A stretch of 64,000 bases of DNA. Source: Clostridia bacterium. GTDB taxonomy: Bacteria > Bacillota > Clostridia > RGIG6154. The position numbers and the translations under genes are program-made. Shown here piece after piece: positions 8,237-17,638 of the stretch (positions are counted from its first letter, which is position 1; each line of letters begins with the position of its first letter). The stretch spans positions 88,801 to 152,800 of the forward strand of contig JAZNOU010000002.1 of the NCBI GenBank assembly GCA_045589295.1, written 5' to 3'. The notes under the pieces are model-generated. The model worked only from the letters and a program-made list of their open reading frames with translations. It had not been told where the DNA came from and did no database searches.

Positions 8237-8512
8237 ATGGCATTAGAAGCATTAGGTATGATTGAAACAAGAGGTCTTACTGCAGCAATTGAAGCGGCAG
8301 ACGCAATGGTTAAAGCTGCAGAAGTAACACTTATCGGAACTGAAAAAATCGGTTCAGGATTAGTAAGTGTTATGGTTCGTGGTGATGTAGGAGCAGTTAA
8401 AGCTGCTACAGAAGCAGGTTCTGCTTGCGCATCTCGCCTTGGCGAATTGGTTGCAGTTCACGTAATCCCAAGACCACACGCTGATGTTGAAAAAATTCTC
8501 CCCAAATTCTAA
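8237..8512 (+). CDS. BMC-H shell protein (PduA/EutM-like hexamer)
   Basis: 91 aa; canonical Pfam00936 BMC-domain sequence [14 protein letters not shown]...; AGGAGGG RBS. Confidence 0.92.
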   Translation: MALEALGMIETRGLTAAIEAADAMVKAAEVTLIGTEKIGSGLVSVMVRGDVGAVKAATEAGSACASRLGELVAVHVIPRPHADVEKILPKF

Positions 8513-8528
8513 TTAAGAGGTGAGATAA

Positions 8529-8906
8529 ATGGCAACAGCTAAAAAGACAACTAAGGCGGCTGCTCCAAAAGCAGAGCCTAAAAAAGAAGTAAATATCAAG
8601 GTTGAATCTATTAAGGAGGAAAAGAAAATGGCATTAGAAGCATTAGGTATGGTAGAAACAAGAGGTTTGGTAGCTGCAATTGAAGCTGCCGATGCAATGC
8701 TCAAAGCTGCAAACGTACAGCTTTTAGGAACTGAAAGAATCGGTTCTGGTTTGGTAAGCGTTATGGTTCGCGGTGATGTAGGCGCTGTTAAAGCTGCTGT
8801 AGAAGCTGGTCAGGCAAGTGCTCAGAGACTCGGCGAAATCATTGCTACACACGTAATTCCAAGACCTCATGGTGATGTTGAAAAAATTCTTCCGTCACTC
8901 AAATAA
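8529..8906 (+). CDS. BMC-H shell protein with a 33-aa Lys/Ala-rich N-terminal extension (PduJ/K-like); alternative internal start at 8628
   Basis: BMC domain nearly identical to the upstream paralog; N-terminal tail [19 protein letters not shown]...; RBS present both at 8513-8523 and internally (AAGGAGG at 8613-8619). Confidence 0.85.
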   Translation: MATAKKTTKAAAPKAEPKKEVNIKVESIKEEKKMALEALGMVETRGLVAAIEAADAMLKAANVQLLGTERIGSGLVSVMVRGDVGAVKAAVEAGQASAQRLGEIIATHVIPRPHGDVEKILPSLK

Positions 8907-8925
8907 TTTAACTGTCAAATATAAG

Positions 8926-8951
8926 GGTTGCCGTGCTTAAATGCACGGCGA
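8926..8951 (+). other. Stable intercistronic RNA hairpin (GTTGCCGTGC-ttaaat-GCACGGCGAC) with no U-tract, between the BMC-H and BMC-P genes
   Basis: 10-bp GC-rich stem read directly; position suggests an mRNA stability/processing element or a partial attenuator. Confidence 0.45.
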
Positions 8952-8982
8952 CCTGATGATAGTATTACGGGAGGGTACTTAA

Positions 8983-9243
8983 ATGATTATCGGTAAGGTA
9001 ATAGGAAGCATTGTTTCCACAAGAAAAAACGAAAATTTAGTTGGCAATAAATTTATGATTGTTGAACCTGCTCAAAAAACTGGAAATGGCAACATCGTTG
9101 CAGTTGATAATATCGGTGCAGGTATCGGAGAGTATGTTTTAGTTGCAACAGGCAGTGCGGCAAGAATTGGCTGCAATATGGAATCAAGTCCTGTTGATGC
9201 TGCAATTGTCGGAATAATTGATGATGCAAGCGAATTAAAATAA
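8983..9243 (+). CDS. BMC-P vertex (pentamer) protein, EutN/PduN/CcmL family
   Basis: 86 aa; EutN/CcmL family sequence MIIGKVIGSIVSTRK...; GGGAGGG RBS. Confidence 0.9.
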   Translation: MIIGKVIGSIVSTRKNENLVGNKFMIVEPAQKTGNGNIVAVDNIGAGIGEYVLVATGSAARIGCNMESSPVDAAIVGIIDDASELK

Positions 9244-9264
9244 AACTATTATGAAAGGTAACAA

Positions 9265-10602
9265 ATGGCTATGACACTTGAAAAATTGCAACAGCTTATG
9301 AAGGACAATGGTATAGTCGGTGCCGGTGGTGCTGGATTTCCTTCATACGCAAAGTTGGATAAAAGAGCAGATACGATTATATTAAACTGTGCAGAGTGTG
9401 AGCCTCTTTTAAAGCTTCACAGACAGCTTTTGGCAGAGTATGCGTATGAAATTATGAGCACTCTTGACTTAATTGCTGATTTAGTTGATGCAAAAAGTGT
9501 TATTATTGCTGTAAAACATGCCTATACTGAGGCTGTTAATGCGGTAAAAGCCAATCTTGATTCTTTTAAAAGAATAAGCATTGGATATTTACCTGAAATT
9601 TATCCGGCAGGCGATGAGGTTGTTACAATTTATGAAACAACCAAGAGAGTCGTTGCACCGGGTAAGCTCCCCATTACGGTGGGAGTAACGGTGTTTAATG
9701 TTGAAACTATTTATAATGTGTACAGAGCGATAAATGAAAATGAGCCTGTTACATATAAATACATAACTGTTGCAGGCGAGGTTAAAAAACCTGTGACAGT
9801 AAAAGTTCCTCTTGGAACATCAATTAAAGAAGTCATCAAAATGGCAGGTGGCGCAACCGTTGAGGATTATAAGTTAATCAACGGCGGACCTATGACAGGT
9901 GGCTTGATTGAAGAATTTCAGACAGTAACAAAGACAACAAATGGTATTTTGGTTATGCCTAAAGACCATTATATTATAAATAAAAGATTGGCAAGCATCA
10001 AGACCGATATGAAACGTGCTATGAGTGCTTGTTGCCAGTGTAAAATGTGCACAGATATGTGTTCAAGAAATCTTTTGGGACACCCTATAAAACCTCATGA
10101 ATTTATGAGAGTGGCAACATCGGGAGTTACAAGAGATATTGAACCATTTATTAATACAATGTTTTGTTCTGCGTGCGGACTTTGCGAGATGTATGCCTGC
10201 AATCAGGGGCTTTCACCAAGAGCTTTGATTTTAGCTTACAAGAACGGACTAAGACAAAACGGAATAAAAATCCCAGATGATATTTCATTTAAAGAAGTAT
10301 CAAAGCAGAGGGAATTCAGAAAAGTTCCCATGCATCGTCTTGTTGCAAGACTTGGACTTACACCATATGACAAACCTGCACCACTTGATAATGAACTCAA
10401 AAGTGTAAAAACTGTGAAAATTGCATTAGCACAACATATTGGTGCACCTTGCAATGCAGTTGTTAAAAAAGGTGACAAGGTTAAAAGTGGACAGATAATT
10501 GGAGAATCGTCGGTTGACAAGTTGGGTGTGAACATTCACGCATCGATATCTGGTGTTGTACTTGATGTCAACGACAGATTTGTTACTATAAAAGGAGAGT
10601 AA
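9265..10602 (+). CDS. PduS-like Fe-S flavoprotein (RnfC/NuoF-type NADH-binding module with two 4Fe-4S motifs)
   Basis: GAGGAGFP nucleotide motif; CCQCKMCTDMC and CSACGLCEMYAC ferredoxin motifs; 445 aa. Confidence 0.85.
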   Translation: MAMTLEKLQQLMKDNGIVGAGGAGFPSYAKLDKRADTIILNCAECEPLLKLHRQLLAEYAYEIMSTLDLIADLVDAKSVIIAVKHAYTEAVNAVKANLDSFKRISIGYLPEIYPAGDEVVTIYETTKRVVAPGKLPITVGVTVFNVETIYNVYRAINENEPVTYKYITVAGEVKKPVTVKVPLGTSIKEVIKMAGGATVEDYKLINGGPMTGGLIEEFQTVTKTTNGILVMPKDHYIINKRLASIKTDMKRAMSACCQCKMCTDMCSRNLLGHPIKPHEFMRVATSGVTRDIEPFINTMFCSACGLCEMYACNQGLSPRALILAYKNGLRQNGIKIPDDISFKEVSKQREFRKVPMHRLVARLGLTPYDKPAPLDNELKSVKTVKIALAQHIGAPCNAVVKKGDKVKSGQIIGESSVDKLGVNIHASISGVVLDVNDRFVTIKGE

Positions 10603-10605
10603 GGT

Positions 10606-11154
10606 ATGGGAAAAGCAATTGGTATGGCTGAATTTCAGAATGTGTCATCAGGTGTTCAAGCTGCTGATATTATCATTAAAACAGCCGATGTAGATGTAAT
10701 TGAGGCACAGGTTGTGTGCCCTGGTAAATACATAATAATCATTACAGGACAGCTGAGTGCTGTAAGAGCTTCCATTGATGCAGCAAAAGTTAAGTTTGCA
10801 CAGACAATGGTAGACAGTTTTGTACTTGGAAATCCCGATGAATCAATTTTCCCTGCAATTTACGGCTCAAATCCTGTTGAAAACCCAAACGCTTTAGGTG
10901 TTTTGGAAACATACTCTGCAGCTTCAATTATTGTTGCTGCTGACCTTGCAGCAAAAACTGCAGATGTTAATTTGATTGAACTCAGAATTGCGAGAGGTAT
11001 GTGCGGTAAGTCTTATATGTATATTACAGGCGAGGTTGCTGCAGTAACCGCTTCAATAGAAAATGCAAAAGCTAAAATTGGTGATAACGGAATGTTGCTT
11101 GATGCATCGGTTATTCCAAATCCTGATAAAAAACTTTGGGACACAATTTTATAA
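10606..11154 (+). CDS. BMC-T tandem-BMC-domain shell protein, PduT-like, with a conserved Cys (VVCPGKY) for a 4Fe-4S site
   Basis: 182 aa, two BMC domains; Cys at about residue 38 as in PduT. Confidence 0.85.
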   Translation: MGKAIGMAEFQNVSSGVQAADIIIKTADVDVIEAQVVCPGKYIIIITGQLSAVRASIDAAKVKFAQTMVDSFVLGNPDESIFPAIYGSNPVENPNALGVLETYSAASIIVAADLAAKTADVNLIELRIARGMCGKSYMYITGEVAAVTASIENAKAKIGDNGMLLDASVIPNPDKKLWDTIL

Positions 11155-11226
11155 GCTGGAGCATAGAAGAAATAAAGCTTATAATGAAACGGCAGTATGG
11201 TAATTTATAATAGAGGGTGAGAACTT

Positions 11227-12618
11227 ATGAATATTAGTGAAAGCTACATTAAACAAATTGTAGAACAGGTAATAAACGGAACACAGACCGTGGCTGGCAA
11301 CAAAACACTTAAAGGTGTATTCCCCACAATGGGCGAGGCGCTTGTTGCAGTTGAAAAAGCTTATAAAGAATTTAAATCATACAGCGTAGCACAGCGTGAG
11401 AAAATGATTTCTAAAATCAGAGAATACACATTGGCAGAAGCTGAAAATATGGCGGTGCTTGGTGTAAAAGAAACCAAAATGGGAAGGGTTTCTGATAAAA
11501 TTATCAAGCATCAGTTGGTTGCAAACAAAACTCCGGGTACTGAAGATTTACAGCCATCAGTTATGACAGGTGATGATGGTATGACATTGGTTGAAATGGC
11601 ACCTTACGGTGTAATTGGTAGTATCACACCTTCAACAAATCCATCAGAAACTGTTATTTGCAACTCAATGGGTATGATTGCAGGCGGAAATGCGGTTGTA
11701 TTTAATCCGCATCCTAACGCGTGTGATACAGCAAATTATGCAGTTGACCTTGTTAACAGAGCAGTTTTAGAGGCGGGAGGCCCAGAAAACTTAGTAGTTT
11801 CTGTTGCAAAACCTACGAGAGAGTCTTCAAATGAAATGATGGCTTCTCCTGTAGTTAAAATGCTTGTTGCAACAGGCGGACCTGGTGTTGTTAAAGCACT
11901 CTTGTCTTCTGGTAAAAAGGCAATTGGTGCAGGGGCAGGAAATCCTCCTGTTATTGTTGACGATACTGCAGATATTGAAAAAGCGGGCGCAGATATTGTT
12001 AAAGGTGCAAGCTTTGACAATAACTTGCCATGTATTGCAGAAAAAGAATGTTTTGTATTTAACAACGTGGCAGACAGACTTATTGCTTCAATGCTTGAAA
12101 ATGGTGCGTACCTTGTTAAAGGAGCAGACATTGATAAGCTTGTTAAAGTCGCACTTGTTGAAAAAGACGGAAAATATTCAATCAATAAAGATTTTGTAGG
12201 CAGAGATGCTTCTAAGTTCTTAAAAGAAATTGGAATTGATGCAGATCCAAGACTTATAATCTGTGAAACGGATTTTAACCATCCGTTTGTTCAGGAAGAA
12301 CTTATGATGCCAATTTTGCCGATTGTAAGAGTTAACAATATTGACGAAGCTATTGAACTTGCTGTTAAGGCAGAACACGGCAACCGTCACACAGCACATA
12401 TTCATTCAAAGAATATCGACCACCTTACAAGATTTGCAAGAGCGGTTGAAACAACAATTTTTGTTAAAAATGCTCCTTCTTATGCAGGTATCGGTGCAGG
12501 CGGAGAAGGTTATACAACATTTACTATAGCAGGTCCTACAGGTGAAGGTTTAACAGCTGCTCATTCATTCACCAGAAGCAGAAGATGCGTTATGGTAGAC
12601 GGACTTCATATTGTTTAA
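11227..12618 (+). CDS. CoA-acylating aldehyde dehydrogenase (PduP/EutE family) with an N-terminal encapsulation peptide
   Basis: 463 aa ALDH fold with a catalytic Cys region; N-terminal amphipathic SYIKQIVEQVING. Confidence 0.88.
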   Translation: MNISESYIKQIVEQVINGTQTVAGNKTLKGVFPTMGEALVAVEKAYKEFKSYSVAQREKMISKIREYTLAEAENMAVLGVKETKMGRVSDKIIKHQLVANKTPGTEDLQPSVMTGDDGMTLVEMAPYGVIGSITPSTNPSETVICNSMGMIAGGNAVVFNPHPNACDTANYAVDLVNRAVLEAGGPENLVVSVAKPTRESSNEMMASPVVKMLVATGGPGVVKALLSSGKKAIGAGAGNPPVIVDDTADIEKAGADIVKGASFDNNLPCIAEKECFVFNNVADRLIASMLENGAYLVKGADIDKLVKVALVEKDGKYSINKDFVGRDASKFLKEIGIDADPRLIICETDFNHPFVQEELMMPILPIVRVNNIDEAIELAVKAEHGNRHTAHIHSKNIDHLTRFARAVETTIFVKNAPSYAGIGAGGEGYTTFTIAGPTGEGLTAAHSFTRSRRCVMVDGLHIV

Positions 12619-12647
12619 TTTTACTTATTGACGAAAGGAAAGCGAAA

Positions 12648-13289
12648 ATGAAAGCTTTGGGAATGATAGAAGTTTATAGCTTTACAACTGCTGTATGTGT
12701 TGCCGACGTTGCAGCAAAGGCAGCAGATGTTAAGGTTATTGCTTTTGATAGAAACAGACCTATATCCCCTGATGTTCCAGCTCCGGTTGTAATGATTGTT
12801 AAAATTGAGGGTGAGGTTGCTGCAGTCAGAGCTGCAGTTGAAGCAGGTGTGAATTATTCAAAGGAAAAGGGTAAGTACATTGTATCTCATATAATTGCAC
12901 GTCCTGATGAAGACACAGAAAATATGGCTTATCTTATAGATATAAACAAAGATAAGTACAACAAAAAATTCCCCAAGAACTTTAAGGGCGTACAAACTTC
13001 AGAGCCTGAAACAAAAGGTGCTATTGGACTTTTGGAGGTAGAGGGTTTGGTTGCTTCAATTGAAGGATTGGATACAATGCTTAAAGCTGCTGAAGTTAAG
13101 CTGGTACATACAGAAAAAAGACTTGGAGGTAGACTTGTAACTTACATTATAACAGGTAATGTATCCTCAGTTAAAGCGGCTGTGGAAGCAGGTTATAGTG
13201 GTGCAAAAGTTTTAGGAAGAGTTTTTGGTAATGAGATAATTGCAAATCCTCATAATGAAGTACTTAAATTTTTTGATATGGAAGTTTAA
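12648..13289 (+). CDS. BMC-T tandem-BMC-domain shell protein
   Basis: Two Pfam00936-like domains (MKALGMIEV... and GAIGLLEVEGL...); the start at 12648 has an AAAGGAAAG RBS; the longer frame from 12585 overlaps pduP and is rejected. Confidence 0.85.
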   Translation: MKALGMIEVYSFTTAVCVADVAAKAADVKVIAFDRNRPISPDVPAPVVMIVKIEGEVAAVRAAVEAGVNYSKEKGKYIVSHIIARPDEDTENMAYLIDINKDKYNKKFPKNFKGVQTSEPETKGAIGLLEVEGLVASIEGLDTMLKAAEVKLVHTEKRLGGRLVTYIITGNVSSVKAAVEAGYSGAKVLGRVFGNEIIANPHNEVLKFFDMEV

Positions 13290-13312
13290 TGTTGCATAAA
13301 GGAAGAGTTTTT

Positions 13313-13969
13313 ATGGATACAAAAATCATTGAAGATGCAGTTTTAAAGGCTATAAATGAATATAATATGGACGTAAGCGGCGAAATCAAAGTGGGTGTGT
13401 CACAAAGACATATTCATCTATCCCGTGAAGACCTTGACATTTTGTTTGGAAAAGGATATGAACTTACAAAAAAGAAAACTTTGATGGGAAGAGAGTATGC
13501 CTCGGAAGAAACAGTAACCTTAGTTGGACCATCACTAAAATCCATTGAAAAGGTGAGAGTTTTAGGTCCTGTGAGAAAAGACACACAGGTTGAAATTTCA
13601 AGAACGGATACTTTTATTTTAAAGGTTAGTCCGCCTGTTCGTCCGTCAGGTAAAATTGAAGGTTCTGAAAAAGTTGTTGTTGTAGGACCTAAAGGCAGTG
13701 TGTATTTAAGGCAGGGTGTTATTATTGCTAATCGTCACATTCATCTTACACCTGCTTACGCTGAGCGCCACGACATTAAAGACGGCGACTATGTTGATGT
13801 TATGGTTGAAGGCATTAAGCCAACCAAGTTTTTTGATGTTCAGGTGCGCGTGAGAGATGATTTTAATGTTGAAATGCATATTGATACTGATGATGCAAAC
13901 TCAGCAGGAATCAAAAACGGCAGTATTGTTAAAATTGTAAGAAAATGCGAAGATTGCAATTGTCGTTAA
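13313..13969 (+). CDS. pduL: Phosphate propanoyl/acetyl-transferase PduL with an N-terminal encapsulation peptide
   Basis: PduL family sequence with duplicated HxH-containing beta-barrel halves (SQRHIHLS, ANRHIHLT); N-terminal MDTKIIEDAVLKAINEY; AAAGGAAGAG RBS. Confidence 0.88.
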   Translation: MDTKIIEDAVLKAINEYNMDVSGEIKVGVSQRHIHLSREDLDILFGKGYELTKKKTLMGREYASEETVTLVGPSLKSIEKVRVLGPVRKDTQVEISRTDTFILKVSPPVRPSGKIEGSEKVVVVGPKGSVYLRQGVIIANRHIHLTPAYAERHDIKDGDYVDVMVEGIKPTKFFDVQVRVRDDFNVEMHIDTDDANSAGIKNGSIVKIVRKCEDCNCR

Positions 13970-13984
13970 GATAGTAGGGGTGAT

Positions 13985-14749
13985 ATGATGTTTGCTCTGG
14001 AACGCCAGAAAAAGATTTTAGAGCTTTTAGAACAAGATGGTGCGGTGTTTGTTACAAAATTAAGCACAGAACTTGGTGTTACAGAAGAAACCGTTCGCCG
14101 AGATCTTGAGAAGCTTGAAAAACAAGAGGCTTTAGTCAGAACTCACGGAGGCGCAATGCCGATTGTTGAATCTAACAGAGAGCTTTCTTTAGAAAAAAGA
14201 AAAAATATAAATGTTGATGCCAAAATTCGCTTAGCAAAAGAAGCGGTTAATCATATTGTGTCGGGTGATACAGTGTTTTTAGATGCATCGACTACAACGT
14301 TTTACATTGCCAGAGAACTTAAAAACTTTAAGAATGTTACTATTGTAACAAATTCGCTAAGAGTTATAACCGAGCTTGCAGGTCAGCCAAATTTAAATGT
14401 TATTGCAATCGGGGGGTACGCTTCTGATAATCAGTCACTTGTAGGGAGTATTGCTCAAAGAGATATTGCGAATAATTATTTTGCAAATAAGATGTTCTTC
14501 TCAAGCCGAGGCATGACAGAAAGTGTAGGTATTTTAGAAAGTAACGAGCAAGAGTGTGGTATAAAGCAGGCAATGATGAAAAATGCTGAGAAAAAATACT
14601 ACGTTTGCGATCACTCCAAAATTGGAAGGGTTGGATTTGCAAAGCTAGCACAATTTACCGATGTTGACTATGTAATTACTGAGGGACCTTTAGGAGAGTC
14701 GTTTAAAAAAATATTCGAAGATATTGACACGAAATTAGTTGAGATATAA
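13985..14749 (+). CDS. DeoR-family transcriptional regulator (HTH plus sugar-phosphate-binding domain), likely regulator of the locus
   Basis: N-terminal DeoR HTH (RQKKILELLEQDGAVFVTKLSTELGVTEETVRRDLEKLE); 254 aa. Confidence 0.88.
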   Translation: MMFALERQKKILELLEQDGAVFVTKLSTELGVTEETVRRDLEKLEKQEALVRTHGGAMPIVESNRELSLEKRKNINVDAKIRLAKEAVNHIVSGDTVFLDASTTTFYIARELKNFKNVTIVTNSLRVITELAGQPNLNVIAIGGYASDNQSLVGSIAQRDIANNYFANKMFFSSRGMTESVGILESNEQECGIKQAMMKNAEKKYYVCDHSKIGRVGFAKLAQFTDVDYVITEGPLGESFKKIFEDIDTKLVEI

Positions 14750-14752
14750 TAA

Positions 14753-14784
14753 AAACAGGTGCACAACGCACCTGTTTTATTATT
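14753..14784 (+). terminator. Rho-independent terminator ending the microcompartment operon
   Basis: ACAGGTGC-acaac-GCACCTGT followed by TTTATTATTT. Confidence 0.8.
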
Positions 14785-14946
14785 TGAATAATTTTAGCAA
14801 AAGTAGTTGAATTTTAACTTATTATATTATATACTATTTGTAAGGTTGATACAATGCTCAAATCAAGAATATGTGCTTATAAGCAAAGCTTGGTGTAATG
14901 GGCGTTATTGAGATTGTAACACTAATTGTAAATGCATAAAAGAGGA

Positions 14947-16371
14947 ATGATTACGTTGAGAAAAACAAAAATTATATGTACACTAGGACCATCTACTGAT
15001 AATCCCGAAATCATTGAAAAAATGGTTAAAGCAGGCATGAATGTTGCAAGACTTAATTTTTCACACGGGACTCACGAAGAACAGCTTAAAAGAATAAATA
15101 TGGTAAAAGAAGTAAGACAAAGGCTTAATTGCCCATTGGCGATTTTGCTTGATACCAAGGGACCTGAAATAAGAATAGGCATGTTTAAAGATGGGTTTGC
15201 AATGCTCAATGCAGGTCAGAAATTTACACTTGTGTGCGACGAGATACAAGGTGATAATCAAAGGGTTTCTGTATCACATAAAAAAATCTCCTCAATTTTA
15301 AAGAGCGGAGATACCATTCTGATAGATGATGGTTTAATAGAACTTAATGTTGAAGAATTTGACGGTAAAGATGTAGTTTGCCGGGTTATAAACGGGGGGA
15401 AGATTTCAAACAAAAAAAGTATAAATCTCCCAGGTGTTAAATTGGATATGCCTTATATGACCGAGCGTGACAGAGAAGATCTTTTGTTCGGAATTAAGGC
15501 AGATGTTGATTATGTTGCGGCTTCGTTTATCAGAAATGCCGATGATGTAAAATGTGTCAGAAACTTGCTTGATGAAAACGGCGGTAAAGATATTAAGTTG
15601 ATTTCAAAAATAGAAAATAACGAGGGTGTAGAAAATATTGACGAGATTTTAGCAGAGTCTAACGGTATTATGATTGCCAGAGGGGATATGGGTGTTGAAA
15701 TTTCGTTTGAAAGACTTCCTGCAATTCAAAAATCACTTATCAAAAAGTGCTATGAGGCTGGTAAGCCTGTAATTACCGCAACACAGATGCTTGAATCTAT
15801 GGTGCATAGCCCAAGACCTACAAGGGCAGAGGTTTCGGACGTGGCAAATGCTATTTATGACGGAACAAGCGCCATTATGCTTTCGGGTGAAACCGCTGCA
15901 GGTATGTATCCGATAGAAAGTGTTGAAACAATGTCAAAAATTGCCGAAATGACTGAGAAAAATATTCATTATAAGAAAAGATTTCTGGCTCAGCAAAAAA
16001 TAAAAAATACGTCTATTACTGACGCGGTAAGTCATGCTGCGTGCACAATGGCGATTGACTTGGGAGCGGCTGCTATTGTTGCAGTTACCACCAGCGGACA
16101 TACAGCGAGAATGCTTTCAAAATTCAGACCATCATGTCCGATAATTGCCGTTATAGTTGATGAAAAGGCATACCATCAGACTTCTATGACATGGGGAGTA
16201 GTTCCGGTAAAAAATGATATGCAGGAAACAATGGACGATATGTTTGAATCAGGAATGAGAAAGGCGATTACAACAAGAATTTTAAAAAAAGACGATATGA
16301 TAGTTTTAACAGGAGGATTACCTGTTGGAATTGCAGGAACAACAAATGTTGTAAAGGTGCAGATTTTATAA
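14947..16371 (+). CDS. pyk: Pyruvate kinase
   Basis: KIICTLGPST N-terminus and pyruvate kinase family features; AGAGGA RBS before ATG 14947. Confidence 0.92.
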   Translation: MITLRKTKIICTLGPSTDNPEIIEKMVKAGMNVARLNFSHGTHEEQLKRINMVKEVRQRLNCPLAILLDTKGPEIRIGMFKDGFAMLNAGQKFTLVCDEIQGDNQRVSVSHKKISSILKSGDTILIDDGLIELNVEEFDGKDVVCRVINGGKISNKKSINLPGVKLDMPYMTERDREDLLFGIKADVDYVAASFIRNADDVKCVRNLLDENGGKDIKLISKIENNEGVENIDEILAESNGIMIARGDMGVEISFERLPAIQKSLIKKCYEAGKPVITATQMLESMVHSPRPTRAEVSDVANAIYDGTSAIMLSGETAAGMYPIESVETMSKIAEMTEKNIHYKKRFLAQQKIKNTSITDAVSHAACTMAIDLGAAAIVAVTTSGHTARMLSKFRPSCPIIAVIVDEKAYHQTSMTWGVVPVKNDMQETMDDMFESGMRKAITTRILKKDDMIVLTGGLPVGIAGTTNVVKVQIL

Positions 16372-16405
16372 AAAAAGAAGGTGTGAAATTCACACCTTCT
16401 TTTTA
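16372..16405. terminator. Bidirectional terminator (GAAGGTGTGAA-att-TTCACACCTTC flanked by A/T runs) between pyk and the convergent SEDS gene
   Basis: Perfect inverted repeat seen directly. Confidence 0.8.
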
Positions 16406-17485
16406 AATATAGTCTTTTCGTTTTAATACACTTAAAGCAATGCCTATTGAGATGAATGTTGTAAGTATGGAAGAACCACCATAGCTGAAAAAAGGAAGAG
16501 GTATTCCTGTTACAGGCATTATTCCAATACACATTCCAATGTTTTCAAAACTCTGGAAAATAAGCATTGCGGAAATTCCTGCTAAAATGTATGACCCTGA
16601 GCTTTTTTTTACCTCAGCGGCATTTTTGATAAGAATAAAAATGATAGTGCAAAGCAATGCTATTATTAAAATTGAACCTAAAAAGCCAAGTTCTTCTCCC
16701 GCTACTGCAAATATAAAGTCTGTATGTTTTCCGGGTAGAAAATCCATCTGGATTTGGGTGCCTTGAAAAATACCTTTGCCAAAAAGTTTGCCGGCTCCTA
16801 CTGCGAGTTTTGATTGAATAACATTGTAGCCTGCCCCTGCAGGACTTAATTCCGGATTTAGAAAAACTAAAATTCTGTTTTTTTGAAATTCATCTAAAAA
16901 CATCCATATAAATGGTGTTGACGCTAAAAATATTGTGCCGGCAGCCACAAAATAACGAATTTTAAGACCTGCAAAAAACAACATAACGATTGTGATGAAT
17001 ATAAACACCATAGCAGTTCCGTAGTCAGGCTGAAGCAAAATAAGCGCAAGTGGAACTAAAATATGCAAAAGCAAAAGTGATATACTTTTAAAACTGTTAA
17101 TGTTTTTTGTGCTGCCAAGATGCGCTGAAAAGGTAAGAATAAAGCCTATTTTTGCAAATTCCGATGGTTGAATATTGACAGGGCCTAAAGCAATCCAACC
17201 GTTCGTGCCCGTTTGCTCTCTTCCCGTTCCGATAAAAAGAACTAAAATTAAAAGCACTGTGTATGCTATAAATATTATTTTATTAAGCTCAAGTAAAATT
17301 TCAAAATCCAGTGCCTTTAAAACAAGCATAATCGCAATTCCAAGAACTATCCCGATAGCCTGAACTACGACGTTTGATATGCTTCCGCTTGAATGAGTGG
17401 CGCTTGCTATTAAAACAAGCCCGTAGATGGCAGAAATAATACTAAGAGCTGTTAACACAGAAATGTGTTTGTTCTTTTTCTGCAT
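16403..17485 (-). CDS. SEDS-family peptidoglycan glycosyltransferase (FtsW/RodA/SpoVE)
   Basis: 360-aa polytopic membrane protein with FtsW/RodA-like sequence. Confidence 0.85.
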   Translation of the reverse strand: MQKKNKHISVLTALSIISAIYGLVLIASATHSSGSISNVVVQAIGIVLGIAIMLVLKALDFEILLELNKIIFIAYTVLLILVLFIGTGREQTGTNGWIALGPVNIQPSEFAKIGFILTFSAHLGSTKNINSFKSISLLLLHILVPLALILLQPDYGTAMVFIFITIVMLFFAGLKIRYFVAAGTIFLASTPFIWMFLDEFQKNRILVFLNPELSPAGAGYNVIQSKLAVGAGKLFGKGIFQGTQIQMDFLPGKHTDFIFAVAGEELGFLGSILIIALLCTIIFILIKNAAEVKKSSGSYILAGISAMLIFQSFENIGMCIGIMPVTGIPLPFFSYGGSSILTTFISIGIALSVLKRKDYI

Positions 17486-17638
17486 AAAAAACTCCTGTAA
17501 ATTTATTTGTAGCTTAATTATAATTTATTTAAAGGTAAAAGTAAAGAGTTTTTTTGCCAAAAATGTGGACAAATATTCTTAAATATGGTAAAATAAAGAT
17601 TATTATAATTATGTAAATGTTAAGGGAGATGAACAGTA

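Noticed and set aside
12585-12647. Longer BMC-T frame starting at 12585, overlapping the pduP 3' end
   Set aside because: The extra 21 residues (MRYGRRTSYCLILLIDERKAK) are not BMC-like and have no RBS. ATG 12648 has an RBS and begins with the conserved MKALGMIEV.
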